Assembly: GCA_014728175.1 (NCBI GenBank)
Contig: WJMA01000003.1
Coordinates: 66,191 to 130,190, forward strand
Length of the DNA: 64,000 nucleotides
DNA from: Candidatus Fermentibacterota bacterium
GTDB taxonomy: Bacteria; Fermentibacterota; Fermentibacteria; Fermentibacterales; JCC-6
Direction of reading: 5' to 3'
Of this stretch, positions 36,152 to 45,441 are shown in pieces (positions within the stretch are counted from its first letter, which is position 1; every line of letters begins with the position of its first letter). Below the pieces are notes generated by a model. The model saw only the letters and a program-made list of their open reading frames with translations, searched no databases and was not told the DNA's origin. The translations under genes and the position numbers were made by a program.

Positions 36152-36728
36152 GCCTCTCCTTAGAGGTTCTCGACCGAGTCAGCTGGGTCTCCAGGGCGTA
36201 GCACAGGGCATGACCGGCGACCAGCAGGCATTCCTGCACGTGGCTGGTGGTGTCGGAACTGGCCCTGATCACCACGTCACACAACTCGGCGAGCTCTCCT
36301 CCCGACCCTCCGGTCATGCCCAGGACACCCATATCCAGGCGCGACGCGGTTCTGGCGGCCTTCAGGACGTTCTCAGAGCTTCCGCTGGTGCTTATGGCCA
36401 CCAGCACGTCCCCGGGCCTGCCCAGGGCCTCCACCTGGCGGGAGAACACTTCGCCGAAATCGTAGTCGTTGGCAATCGCCGTTATGGAGGCGATGTTTCC
36501 GGTGAGAGCCACCCCGGCCAACGGTTCGCGGTCCTTCCTGAACCGGCAGGTAAGCTCGGCGGCCAGGTGCTGGGCGTCAGCGGCACTTCCTCCGTTCCCG
36601 CAGAAGATAAGCTTCCCCCCATTCCGCAGGCATCCGGCGCACAGGTCCAGGGCGGGCCGTATGCCCTCGGCATCCATGGCGCCAAGCGCGGACTTGGCCA
36701 TCTCCAGGTACGCCAAAATCTCATTCAC
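36138..36728 (-). CDS. gmhA: Phosphoheptose isomerase
   Basis: 'CGNGGSAADAQH', 'ANDY', 'FSRQVEA', 'ISTSGSS', 'QE'. Confidence 0.92.
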   Translation of the reverse strand: MNEILAYLEMAKSALGAMDAEGIRPALDLCAGCLRNGGKLIFCGNGGSAADAQHLAAELTCRFRKDREPLAGVALTGNIASITAIANDYDFGEVFSRQVEALGRPGDVLVAISTSGSSENVLKAARTASRLDMGVLGMTGGSGGELAELCDVVIRASSDTTSHVQECLLVAGHALCYALETQLTRSRTSKERHEQG

Positions 36729-37527
36729 GGCTCCTCCTCCATCTTGCCAGGGCTTCCACGGTCTTGGGAAGCTTTAGACCTCTCTCCGTGCCCAGAACAG
36801 AGTACCGGGGCCGGCGGGCCGGCAGACCCAGATCTTCCCAACGCACGGATACTACATCCACCTCACCATGCTCATCGGCCAGCATACGCACCAGTCCCAG
36901 GGGGGTGAAAACGCCCTCGTTGACCAGGTGGTACACCCCCCGACCTCCGCGGTCGCACAACTCAATAACCGCTCTCACCAGGTCGGGGGCGTACGTAAGG
37001 CAGGCCGACTGGTCCCTAACCGCCCTTACCGCGCCCTCCCGCTCGATGCTGTCCAATAGAAACGCAGGAAGGCCGCTTCGCTCATCGAAGAGCCACGAAG
37101 TGCGGACTACCACGCTGGTGGGAGATATCCCCAGAAGCTGCCTTTCTCCCCTCAGCTTGCTCCAGGCATACTCGTTTACGGGATCGGGCCGGTCGGACTC
37201 CAGAAAGGGGGAGGGGTCCCGCCCGGAGAAAATGTGATCGGTGGAGAAGCTCACCACCCTGATCCCGGTTCTGGCCAGGTTGGCCACGCCGGCGCAGTGG
37301 ACGTCCATGGCCAGGTCCGGCCTGGCTTCGCACAGGTCGACGTCGGTGATGGCCGCGCAGTTTACTATCAGAGAGGGAGAGAGGCTCCCCACGACCTCCG
37401 CCACGTTTTGCTCGTCCGTGACGTCCAACTCGGGGAGATCGAGCCCGACCGCGTCGTTACCCAGCTCGCAGACGAAACGACGCCCGAGCGTACCTCTGCT
37501 GCCCACTACGAGAACTCTGGACCTCAC
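36721..37527 (-). CDS. rfbD: dTDP-4-dehydrorhamnose reductase
   Basis: 'NCAAITDVD', 'STDHIF', 'YAWSK..GE', 'PARRPRYSVL'. Confidence 0.85.
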   Translation of the reverse strand: MRSRVLVVGSRGTLGRRFVCELGNDAVGLDLPELDVTDEQNVAEVVGSLSPSLIVNCAAITDVDLCEARPDLAMDVHCAGVANLARTGIRVVSFSTDHIFSGRDPSPFLESDRPDPVNEYAWSKLRGERQLLGISPTSVVVRTSWLFDERSGLPAFLLDSIEREGAVRAVRDQSACLTYAPDLVRAVIELCDRGGRGVYHLVNEGVFTPLGLVRMLADEHGEVDVVSVRWEDLGLPARRPRYSVLGTERGLKLPKTVEALARWRRSRE

Positions 37528-37725
37528 AAGCCCCTCCCGGAGATGGTCTGATAGTGCTCGGTCCGTGCGGGAGACAACATTTTACTAGCACGTATCTACT
37601 TTGTCTAGCGAAGCTTTGTTCCGGTGGGGCGTTTGCCCTTATGTTCTGCCTCGCCTCCTACGGGAGGAACCGTGCCGATGAACATGGATAGAACCATCTA
37701 CGGACGACCGTGATCGGAGAATAAC

Positions 37726-38202
37726 TTGGTCAAGGTGTTCAGGTTCGGAACATCCCTACTGCTTCTCCCACTTCTGGGGGGGACGCTCTCCGCCGACGTA
37801 TCCGAAGCCATGGAACGGCTCTCCGGGGTCACCGACCGGCTATTGGTGATGGGAGAGAGCATGGTCGGGGATCCAATATCAGGTTCCATGGCCGTGGCCG
37901 AGACCGTATCGGTGGACCTGACCCTAAGCACGGAGTACTCCTACCATCTCCACGTGTGGACCGACTCCATCTTCAACATCCTGGAGTTCTGGCTGTCCGA
38001 CCCCTCCGACAGCGTAGCCGACCAGGCGGTAGGCGACCACGCTACCCTCGTCGTGTTTCCCGACACCTCGGGGCGATGGAGCCTGAACATGATTCTGGTG
38101 GAGGGCGACCTTTCCGACTCGGCCTCCTACGCCGCCTCCCTGTTTCACCGACCCAGAGTAATTCCGCCGGACTCCCTTTCGGCCGCAGAGCCGGCCTTTT
38201 AG
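37726..38202 (+). CDS. Secreted hypothetical protein (beta-sandwich/PPC-like)
   Basis: TTG start with GGAG RBS; signal peptide; acidic beta-rich body. Confidence 0.6.
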   Translation: MVKVFRFGTSLLLLPLLGGTLSADVSEAMERLSGVTDRLLVMGESMVGDPISGSMAVAETVSVDLTLSTEYSYHLHVWTDSIFNILEFWLSDPSDSVADQAVGDHATLVVFPDTSGRWSLNMILVEGDLSDSASYAASLFHRPRVIPPDSLSAAEPAF

Positions 38203-38206
38203 CCCC

Positions 38207-38893
38207 CTATCCGGCTCCCGGAGACGGCAAGTTCCGCCGGGGCATTATCCTCAGCTTGCGGGAAGATCCCTTCCGACACCCGAGAAGAATCAGCTCCGCC
38301 GGACCGTCTTCCCCGCCGTAGGTCCGCAACTCCTCAGGGTTCAGGCCGAAGCTCCGGCAGCAAAGTGCCAGCCTCACCAGGTTCGCCGGCCTGTGCACCA
38401 CCAGGAACCTTCCCCCCGCCCGCAGCAGATGGGCTGCGGCCCGGACGAAGGAGGCCATGGACAGCCGGCCACCGATCCTGCTGCTGCGCCTTCGGGGATC
38501 GGGGCTGGGACGTGACTCTCCGCGCCGGAGGTAGGGAGGATTGGTTATGACCACGTCGGCCATCCCCCCCCGCATCAGAAAAGGTACCCTGGTCACGTCG
38601 CCGCACACGGCCAGGTAGGGCGTAACATCGTTCATTCCGGCCGAGAGGAGGGCGAGCTCCAGTAGCTCGCTTCGAACGTCGATCCCCACCCAGGTACAGC
38701 CGGGATTGGCTCTGGCGGCGACCAGCCCGGCTCCACCGCTTCCGCTGCCCAGATCGAAGACCACAGAGCCGGAAGGGGCGGAAACCGCACCGCCCAGGAT
38801 GCAGGTATCGGAGCTTACCTCCCCCCCACCGGGTTGAATAAGGGCGGTTCCGTCCGGCAACACGACCGGGTGCGGCCCGCCCTCCCCGGTCAT
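38207..38893 (-). CDS. SAM methyltransferase, tRNA1(Val) m6A37 TrmN6-like
   Basis: 'DLGSGSG', 'NPPY', 'HRP'; ATGA overlap at 38893. Confidence 0.75.
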   Translation of the reverse strand: MTGEGGPHPVVLPDGTALIQPGGGEVSSDTCILGGAVSAPSGSVVFDLGSGSGGAGLVAARANPGCTWVGIDVRSELLELALLSAGMNDVTPYLAVCGDVTRVPFLMRGGMADVVITNPPYLRRGESRPSPDPRRRSSRIGGRLSMASFVRAAAHLLRAGGRFLVVHRPANLVRLALCCRSFGLNPEELRTYGGEDGPAELILLGCRKGSSRKLRIMPRRNLPSPGAG

Positions 38894-39507
38894 CGGGAGG
38901 AAAGGGTGAAGAGGTAGTATCCCTTGAAAACTCCCCACGTGACGTCGTCGGGACCGTGCTCCTCCCGCCGGCTGTCCTCCCAGCGGTATATCGACCACAG
39001 GCCGCCGGAGCCGGGCCTGGCCAGGTAGAGCCGGGCGATACCCTTCGCCGGGGAGTGCTCGCTGGAAAGGTACTGCACCTCGTACTCTCGGTATATGTCT
39101 ATGGTGTCCTCGTAATCAACCGGGTCCGGCAGGCTGGGTATCTCGGATAATACCACCGAGGCCACCGTGTCCTGGCCGTACGTGGTGTCGGACTCGGCCT
39201 CGTCGAATATAGGCCCCACCGCCGATTCCTCGGTGACGTAGTCCCAGTTCCGGAAGTTCCAGCCGTACTGGGCGGTATCCTGGTCATCGGCGATGAACGC
39301 GAACGAGTCGGCGTAGCACCTCATGTAGTAAGGTACGGACAGCCCTTCCATGGTGTTCTTCAGGTTGGTGATCACCGTCTGGTATTGGTAGGGGTCGAAC
39401 CATTCCACCGGAGGCTCTTCGGGATCCTCCGGGCTCCGGGGCTCGAAAAGGCTGCAGCAGCAGAGCACGGAGGCCAGAATCACCGCCGGTAGGCCCAGCT
39501 TGCCCAT
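38890..39507 (-). CDS. Lipoprotein of unknown function
   Basis: Lipobox-like 'LCCC'; 'SLFEPRSPEDP'; GGAGGAGG RBS. Confidence 0.7.
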   Translation of the reverse strand: MGKLGLPAVILASVLCCCSLFEPRSPEDPEEPPVEWFDPYQYQTVITNLKNTMEGLSVPYYMRCYADSFAFIADDQDTAQYGWNFRNWDYVTEESAVGPIFDEAESDTTYGQDTVASVVLSEIPSLPDPVDYEDTIDIYREYEVQYLSSEHSPAKGIARLYLARPGSGGLWSIYRWEDSRREEHGPDDVTWGVFKGYYLFTLSSR

Positions 39508-39517
39508 AATCCTCCTC

Positions 39518-41332
39518 CTAGGGAACGTAGTTGAAATTGACAGTTGCTCTCCAATAGCTTTCCCGGTCTTCCTCCGAGTAGAAGGTTCTGGTCAGGGACA
39601 GGGTGAGGTTTCCCCTTGAGAGGGACATGTTGGTGTACAGGCCCACGTGATGGAGATGTTCGGAAGTAGAGGAGGCCAATCCGGAGGGGTAGTTCCTGCT
39701 GTTGTACTCCCAGCTGTAGCTGGGGGTCAGGCCCACCCGCCCCGGAAGGTGAAAACCTCCGAACAGGGTCAAAGAGCTCCTGAGGGTTTCCTCGGATCTG
39801 GTGAACATGGATTGCTCGAAGCCACCCTGGTCCTGGTAGCGGAAATCGTGGGATACGCCGAGACGAGTGGAGTCCGCCGATAGCCGGTCAAGGGAGAAGC
39901 TGGATTCCACGCGCCTGAACAGTAGGTTGTTGGAGGCCGAGACGTCCGGGAACAGATAGGTTGTGTAGTCGGCGCTGAACTTCACCTTGTGCTCCAGGTC
40001 CCAGTTCCTTCCCAGCTCGAAGGTGGCACCCGGCTCAACGCTGTAGATGGAAGAGGTCTTGCTGTTAGCAGACTGCTCCGCCATCAGATATATGGTCTCC
40101 CTCCTCTCCCCGGTGAGGGCCGTGCTCAACGTCAGCCTGCTGCTGACGGGCAACTCCGCGTTCAGCATCAGTGTCTCCCTCAACTCGTCCCGGTCGGTGT
40201 TGTCCCGGTACTCAACCCCGATGCCGCTCTCCCAGGTTCCGAAGGTATCGTGCCTGTAGAGCTCGACCGTCCTCTTGAACTCTACCTTGGCCTCCCCCGG
40301 CTTATAGACCACGCTCGCCGACAGGCTCCTGTTGTCCGAGTTGTTCCAGATGTCGAACAGGTTCTCGGTTCCAGGCCCCTGACGCTTGCGGTCGCTGCGG
40401 GAGAGCCTCCGGGAAATCCCGAAGGTGATGTATGCGTTCTCCATGATGTCGTACCTGATCGAGGAGTTTATTCCCCTGCTCACATCCTCCCGGTTCCTGG
40501 CATCCCTCTGCTGAGCGGTTGAGTCCTCGCGCTCCCAGTACCTCTGCGTCTGGTTCCAGTTGGTTCCCATCGATAACGACAGGGCGGGCAGCAGCTCGGG
40601 AAGGGTGAATGAGGCGGAGTGTTTCCAGGACCGCTGCCGCTGACTCTGGGCCGAGTCGTGGTAGATGGTGAAGAACTTGGAGGCTCCCACCTGGTAGGTG
40701 ATGAAGGCATCGGGCAGCAGCTCGGGGAGCTTGTAGTTAACCCTGCCGGTCAGGTTATCGCTTCCGTAGTCGGTCTCGTCGCCCAGGGTACGTTCCTCTC
40801 CGAAGCTAACGCTGGTGGAGAACCTGGGAGTGAAGCTCTTGTTGACGGAGATGGACACGTCATGAACCCCTCCCTGGTTACGACCGGAGACCATAGAGTC
40901 GTCGGAAATAGTCTGGTAGCGGAGAAGATGGGTGCCCAGACCGACGTCCAGGCTCAACCATTCCAGGGCGGAGCATCGGATTTGGCCGGTGACGGTCGTT
41001 TCCGCCTCGTCCCGGATTATCTCGCCGAAACGTTCCTCGGTATGCAGCCTTCTCTCCAGGCTGGTGGCCAGCTCCAGGTCCTCCCCGGGCTTGTAGCTCA
41101 CCCAGGCTTCTCCCATGCGGGTGTCCCGGAAGCGGTGTAGCGCGTCGCTGCGGTTGGCCGTGAAGTCCGCGTCCAGATTCAGGTCCACCTTGTCAGAAAG
41201 GGCCTGGACCAGGGAAAAGCTGTTGTAAAGCTCGCTGGTCTGCTTGTACTGGGAGTACGAGTTGTCGTAGCTTAGATTGTAAGCCATCGACAGGGATAGA
41301 CCCAGCAGACATACCACGCCCGCCAGCCTCAA
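39518..41332 (-). CDS. Large outer-membrane beta-barrel of unknown function
   Basis: TTGA overlap with rsmA; signal peptide; Ser/Thr/Arg/Tyr-rich amphipathic strands; C-terminal 'WRATVNFNY'. Confidence 0.65.
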   Translation of the reverse strand: MRLAGVVCLLGLSLSMAYNLSYDNSYSQYKQTSELYNSFSLVQALSDKVDLNLDADFTANRSDALHRFRDTRMGEAWVSYKPGEDLELATSLERRLHTEERFGEIIRDEAETTVTGQIRCSALEWLSLDVGLGTHLLRYQTISDDSMVSGRNQGGVHDVSISVNKSFTPRFSTSVSFGEERTLGDETDYGSDNLTGRVNYKLPELLPDAFITYQVGASKFFTIYHDSAQSQRQRSWKHSASFTLPELLPALSLSMGTNWNQTQRYWEREDSTAQQRDARNREDVSRGINSSIRYDIMENAYITFGISRRLSRSDRKRQGPGTENLFDIWNNSDNRSLSASVVYKPGEAKVEFKRTVELYRHDTFGTWESGIGVEYRDNTDRDELRETLMLNAELPVSSRLTLSTALTGERRETIYLMAEQSANSKTSSIYSVEPGATFELGRNWDLEHKVKFSADYTTYLFPDVSASNNLLFRRVESSFSLDRLSADSTRLGVSHDFRYQDQGGFEQSMFTRSEETLRSSLTLFGGFHLPGRVGLTPSYSWEYNSRNYPSGLASSTSEHLHHVGLYTNMSLSRGNLTLSLTRTFYSEEDRESYWRATVNFNYVP

Positions 41333-42147
41333 CCGGATACCTCCTCGGTTAGCCGCAGGAAGCACTCAGGCGAGAGCTCCTCGGCCCTACAACCGGGCTC
41401 TATTCCCGCCTTCCCGAGCAGCACCCTCGCCGAGTTCTTGCCCACCAGCCTGGCCAGGTTGTTCAGGATCGTTTTCCTCCTCGATGCGAAAGAGGCCTTT
41501 ACCACCCTTCTGTAATCCTCCAGTAGCGACGGGTCGAGCAGCGCGCGCTCCCTCCTTTTCAAAAGAAGAACCCGGGAGCTTACCGCGGGTCGAGGATAAA
41601 AGTCGTCCGGGCCCACGTCCAGAATCTTCTCGGCCTCGAAGAAAGGCCAGATCTGCAGATGCAGCCGCCCGAAGCTCTTTCCACCCCCACTGGCACGAAC
41701 CCTCTGCGCCACTTCTCTCTGCAGCATGAAAACGGCCTTCTTGACCGACCCCAACCGCTGTTCGAGCAGACGGAGCAGAACCGGGGAAGATATGGAATAG
41801 GGAAGATTTCCCACCAGGCAATCGAACGGATACCCGGGAAGTTCCCTGGGATCCAGCTCGAGGAAGTCGGCTTCGAGCACGGTGGTTGCCGACAGTGTCG
41901 GCAGGGCTCGGAGGTAAGCCGCCAACCGCTCGGAGACCTCCACGCAGGTAAGGCTGTCGCAGGTAAAAGCCAGGCGCACGGTGAGTACGCCCAATCCGGG
42001 GCCTATCTCCAGCGCACTCTTCGAGGCGGCCACCTCGGCGGTCTTGGCCGCAACTCCTTCGTTCAGAAGAAAGTTCTGTCCCAGCTTCTTCCGGGGGTAA
42101 ACCCCCAGGTCGTCCAGTATTCTCCTTACGTCGTTTCGGCTGCTCAC
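41329..42147 (-). CDS. rsmA: 16S rRNA dimethyladenosine transferase
   Basis: 'KKLGQNFL', 'EIGPGLG', 'NLPYSIS', 'MLQREVA', 'RRKT'. Confidence 0.93.
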   Translation of the reverse strand: MSSRNDVRRILDDLGVYPRKKLGQNFLLNEGVAAKTAEVAASKSALEIGPGLGVLTVRLAFTCDSLTCVEVSERLAAYLRALPTLSATTVLEADFLELDPRELPGYPFDCLVGNLPYSISSPVLLRLLEQRLGSVKKAVFMLQREVAQRVRASGGGKSFGRLHLQIWPFFEAEKILDVGPDDFYPRPAVSSRVLLLKRRERALLDPSLLEDYRRVVKASFASRRKTILNNLARLVGKNSARVLLGKAGIEPGCRAEELSPECFLRLTEEVSG

Positions 42148-42150
42148 GGT

Positions 42151-43521
42151 CTAGCCCCTGGCCCTGAACCGCAGACCTTTGCTACCGGCCAGGGCCTCAC
42201 AGGCCTTCATGCTGACACCGCATCCCCTGACGGCCGTCAGCTCCAGGCCGCAGCCGATCTCCCGGCACAGGTCTATGAATCTCTGCAGGTAATGCCAGGC
42301 GTTCTTCGCCGAAGGACGGGATATCCTGCGGTAGCTCTCCTCGTCCGGTGCGTTCAGGCTCACGCTCACCCTGTCGAACAGGGACACCATGCGTCGGACC
42401 CTCTCCTCGGGAATTCTACTCAGGGCCAGGCCGTTCGTGTTCAGCCTGACCGGGATCCCCCTCGCCGAAAGAGCCTCCGCCAGCTCGGACAGGAGCCCCA
42501 GTCTCATGGTCGGCTCTCCGTAGCCGCAGAAGACGATCTCCTCGAACCAATCCGGTCTCACCAGGGCGAGGCCCGACCTAAGCCTATCCGGATCGGGCTC
42601 GCTGTCGTGTTGGAGGAAGTAGCCGTCGATCCCATCCTGGTAGTTCCTGATGCAGAACGTGCAGTCGTTGTCGCATCTACCGGTCAGGTTCACGTACATC
42701 TTTCCGTCCAGCACGTAGAAGAGGTCCGTCCTCCTATGCTCGCCCACCCCGAAGGCCCTGCAGGAGTTATCCAGAAGCAGAGAGGCGGTTCCCGCCGGAT
42801 CGGCGCCCATGGCCCGGGCAACGACCTGCAGTACCAGCTCCAGGTTGGCCGGTTGGTTTCTGCTTCCCCTCCGAGGCTCGGGGGACAGGAAGGGGGAATC
42901 GGTCTCTATCAGCATCCGCTCCGGCGGCAGTCTTCCAGCCAGCTCTCTCAGGCTCCGGTTGGAGCGGTACGTCACGGGGCCGGCGAGACCTACGTAGCAT
43001 CCCCGCCGGGCGGCTTCCACGGCCAGCTTTACCGGACCGGTGTAGCAGTGCAGAACCACCGGGACCGGGTCGCAGGAGCCTATGGCGTCCACCACCTCGG
43101 CCTCCGCTGCGCGGGAATGGGCCACCAGGGTCCGGCCCAGAGCCCGGGCCAGCTCCAGGTGCCTTCGAAGCCATTCCCGCTGTTTCGCGGGGGGAGAGCC
43201 CTTCCTGTACAGGTCCATGCCGGTCTCTCCAATCGCTACCACCCGGGGCCTTAGGGCGGTGCGGGCGATGGCTTCCATACCTTCGTCGCCTACGGCCTCT
43301 ATTTCATTGGGGTGCACGCCAACGGCAGCCCATAGCCCTTCGTAGACCGTCGCCATGCGAGCGGCCTTGATGCTGCTTGGCGGGTCGGTCCCCGGTACCA
43401 GTACGTCTCGGACTCCGGCCCGGCGCGCTCTCCGCAAAACCTCTTCCAGATCGCGGTCGAAGGAGTCGAAGCACAGATGCGCATGGGTATCGAACAGACG
43501 GTACCCGAAGCTGTCCGACAA
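42151..43521 (-). CDS. tatD: TatD-family nuclease fused to TatD-associated radical SAM domain
   Basis: 'DTHAH', 'GVHP', 'IGETG', 'HSR', 'LHC', 'ETDSP'; then 'YVNLTGRCDNDCTFCIR', 'FCGYGEP', 'NTNG'. Confidence 0.88.
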   Translation of the reverse strand: MSDSFGYRLFDTHAHLCFDSFDRDLEEVLRRARRAGVRDVLVPGTDPPSSIKAARMATVYEGLWAAVGVHPNEIEAVGDEGMEAIARTALRPRVVAIGETGMDLYRKGSPPAKQREWLRRHLELARALGRTLVAHSRAAEAEVVDAIGSCDPVPVVLHCYTGPVKLAVEAARRGCYVGLAGPVTYRSNRSLRELAGRLPPERMLIETDSPFLSPEPRRGSRNQPANLELVLQVVARAMGADPAGTASLLLDNSCRAFGVGEHRRTDLFYVLDGKMYVNLTGRCDNDCTFCIRNYQDGIDGYFLQHDSEPDPDRLRSGLALVRPDWFEEIVFCGYGEPTMRLGLLSELAEALSARGIPVRLNTNGLALSRIPEERVRRMVSLFDRVSVSLNAPDEESYRRISRPSAKNAWHYLQRFIDLCREIGCGLELTAVRGCGVSMKACEALAGSKGLRFRARG

Positions 43522-43524
43522 AAC

Positions 43525-44802
43525 CTAGAAAAGCCTCCAGATAATATCGTTCTGTCCGGGGCCGGTGGAGACGGCCCGGACCGGCACCCCGACCAGCTCC
43601 TCTATCCGGAGCACGTACCGTTGGGCCTGCTCGGGCAGATCGTCCCAGGAGGTCGCCCCGGCTATGTTCTCGGACCATCCGGGGAGCTCCTCGAACACCG
43701 GCCGGTGCTTGCCCAGCCTTCTCCCGGTTTCGAACAGTGGAACGTCGGAGTCCGGATCCAGCTCGTACCTGGTGCAAATGTTGAGGGAGTCGAAACCGCT
43801 GAGGACGTCGAGCATGGTCAACGCCAGCCAGTGGCAGCCGTTCAACCGGGACGCGTACCGAAGAAGTACCCCGTCCAGCCAACCGCACCTGCGGGGACGC
43901 CCGGTGGTGGCCCCGTACTCATGGCCTTTTTCCCGGAGCATGTCGCCCGTATCGCCGCGGAGCTCGGTGGGAAAGGGGCCCGCTCCCACCCTGGAGCAGT
44001 AAGCCTTTACCACGCCCACCACCTCGTCTATCATGGACGGCCCTATCCCCAGACTGATGCTGGCCGCGCCGGACAGGCAGGAGCCGCAGGTTACGTACGG
44101 ATAGGTTCCATGGTCCGGGTCCAGCAACGTTCCCTGGGCCCCTTCGGCTATCACCAGCCCGTCCTCCTCTAAAATCTCCTCCAGGGCCAGAGACACGTCT
44201 CCGGCCAGCTCCACCAGCTCCAGAGAAAGTTCTGTGAAACGCTCACTCTGCCTGCGTATCTCCGTGCGTCGGTCCGAAGAGAGGTCCAGCATGCTCAGGC
44301 ACCTGTCGGTTTGGGCCTCGATCGCCTCCCTGAACTCGCTCTCGCAGGCCGCATCCTCCAACCTTATGCCCCGGCGGGAGAACTTCTGTACGTAGGTGGG
44401 CCCTATGGCCCTGAGGGTGGTCCCGATGGCATTGCCACCCCGGTCCTCTTCGTCCATCTTCTCCAGGGCCTTGTAGACCGGGTGAACCAGGTGGACCTTG
44501 GAGGATATCCTGAGCCTGTCACCTACGTTGATACCGGCATCCATCAGCGACTTCAGCTCCTCGGACAAAGCGATGGGATCCAGGACGCATCCGGTTCCTA
44601 CGAAAGCCTTTACCGCTGGCTGGACCAGTCCTGTGGGAACCTGGTGCAGGACCAGGTCGGACCCGCCCAGCTTCACCGTATGGCCTGCGTTCGCTCCTCC
44701 GGAGAATCGTGCGACCGCGGTCGCGGACTCCGACAGATTGTGGACCATCTTGCCTTTGCCCTCGTCTCCCCACTGCAGGCCGACTACTACCGTGGTTGGC
44801 AT
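43525..44802 (-). CDS. purA: Adenylosuccinate synthetase
   Basis: 'QWGDEGKGK', 'GGANAGHT', 'EGAQG', 'GTYPYVT', 'TTGRPRRCGW'. Confidence 0.95.
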   Translation of the reverse strand: MPTTVVVGLQWGDEGKGKMVHNLSESATAVARFSGGANAGHTVKLGGSDLVLHQVPTGLVQPAVKAFVGTGCVLDPIALSEELKSLMDAGINVGDRLRISSKVHLVHPVYKALEKMDEEDRGGNAIGTTLRAIGPTYVQKFSRRGIRLEDAACESEFREAIEAQTDRCLSMLDLSSDRRTEIRRQSERFTELSLELVELAGDVSLALEEILEEDGLVIAEGAQGTLLDPDHGTYPYVTCGSCLSGAASISLGIGPSMIDEVVGVVKAYCSRVGAGPFPTELRGDTGDMLREKGHEYGATTGRPRRCGWLDGVLLRYASRLNGCHWLALTMLDVLSGFDSLNICTRYELDPDSDVPLFETGRRLGKHRPVFEELPGWSENIAGATSWDDLPEQAQRYVLRIEELVGVPVRAVSTGPGQNDIIWRLF

Positions 44803-44848
44803 AGGTGCCACCTTCTCCCCGTACATGGTTGGCTGGAAATCCAGAAGC

Positions 44849-45421
44849 TCATACCGCCACCGCCTGGTCCACCCATCTCAGCAACTCACCCAGCCCCGTA
44901 CCCTTCAGAGCGGATACGGGAAGGACCGGCCCCAAATCCTGCGCCCGATCTACCGAGCTGCGCAGCTTGCTCTTACTTAACTTATCCGACTTGGTCAACG
45001 CCACTATGTACGGTCTTCCCAGCTCCATAAGAAAGCGGGACAAATCGACATCGCTAGCCATGCCGGGATGACGGGCGTCTACCAGCAGGATGATCCCCCT
45101 CAGCTCGACGCGGTACATCAGGTAGCGCTCGACCCACTCCGTCCATCTATGCCTGACCTTTCTCGGCGCCCTGGCATAGCCGTAGCCGGGAAGGTCGACC
45201 AGATGGAAACGGCCGCCATCTACACTAAAGATGTTCAGGGTCTGCGTACAGCCTGGACGACCGCTGGTCCGCGCAGGCTTTCGCTCCACGCTCAACGCGT
45301 TGAGAAGGGACGATTTGCCTACGTTGGACCGTCCCGCCAGCGCCACCTCGGGAACTCGTCGGTCCGGAAGATCGTCCGGACCGGCGCAGGCCTGGAGGAA
45401 CTCGACTTTGAGCTTTCTCAT
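44849..45421 (-). CDS. engB: Ribosome biogenesis GTPase YihA/YsxC
   Basis: 'GRSNVGKSSL', 'DLPGYGYA', 'TKSDKL'. Confidence 0.93.
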   Translation of the reverse strand: MRKLKVEFLQACAGPDDLPDRRVPEVALAGRSNVGKSSLLNALSVERKPARTSGRPGCTQTLNIFSVDGGRFHLVDLPGYGYARAPRKVRHRWTEWVERYLMYRVELRGIILLVDARHPGMASDVDLSRFLMELGRPYIVALTKSDKLSKSKLRSSVDRAQDLGPVLPVSALKGTGLGELLRWVDQAVAV

Positions 45422-45441
45422 CGGTACCCGTCGGGAGAACC

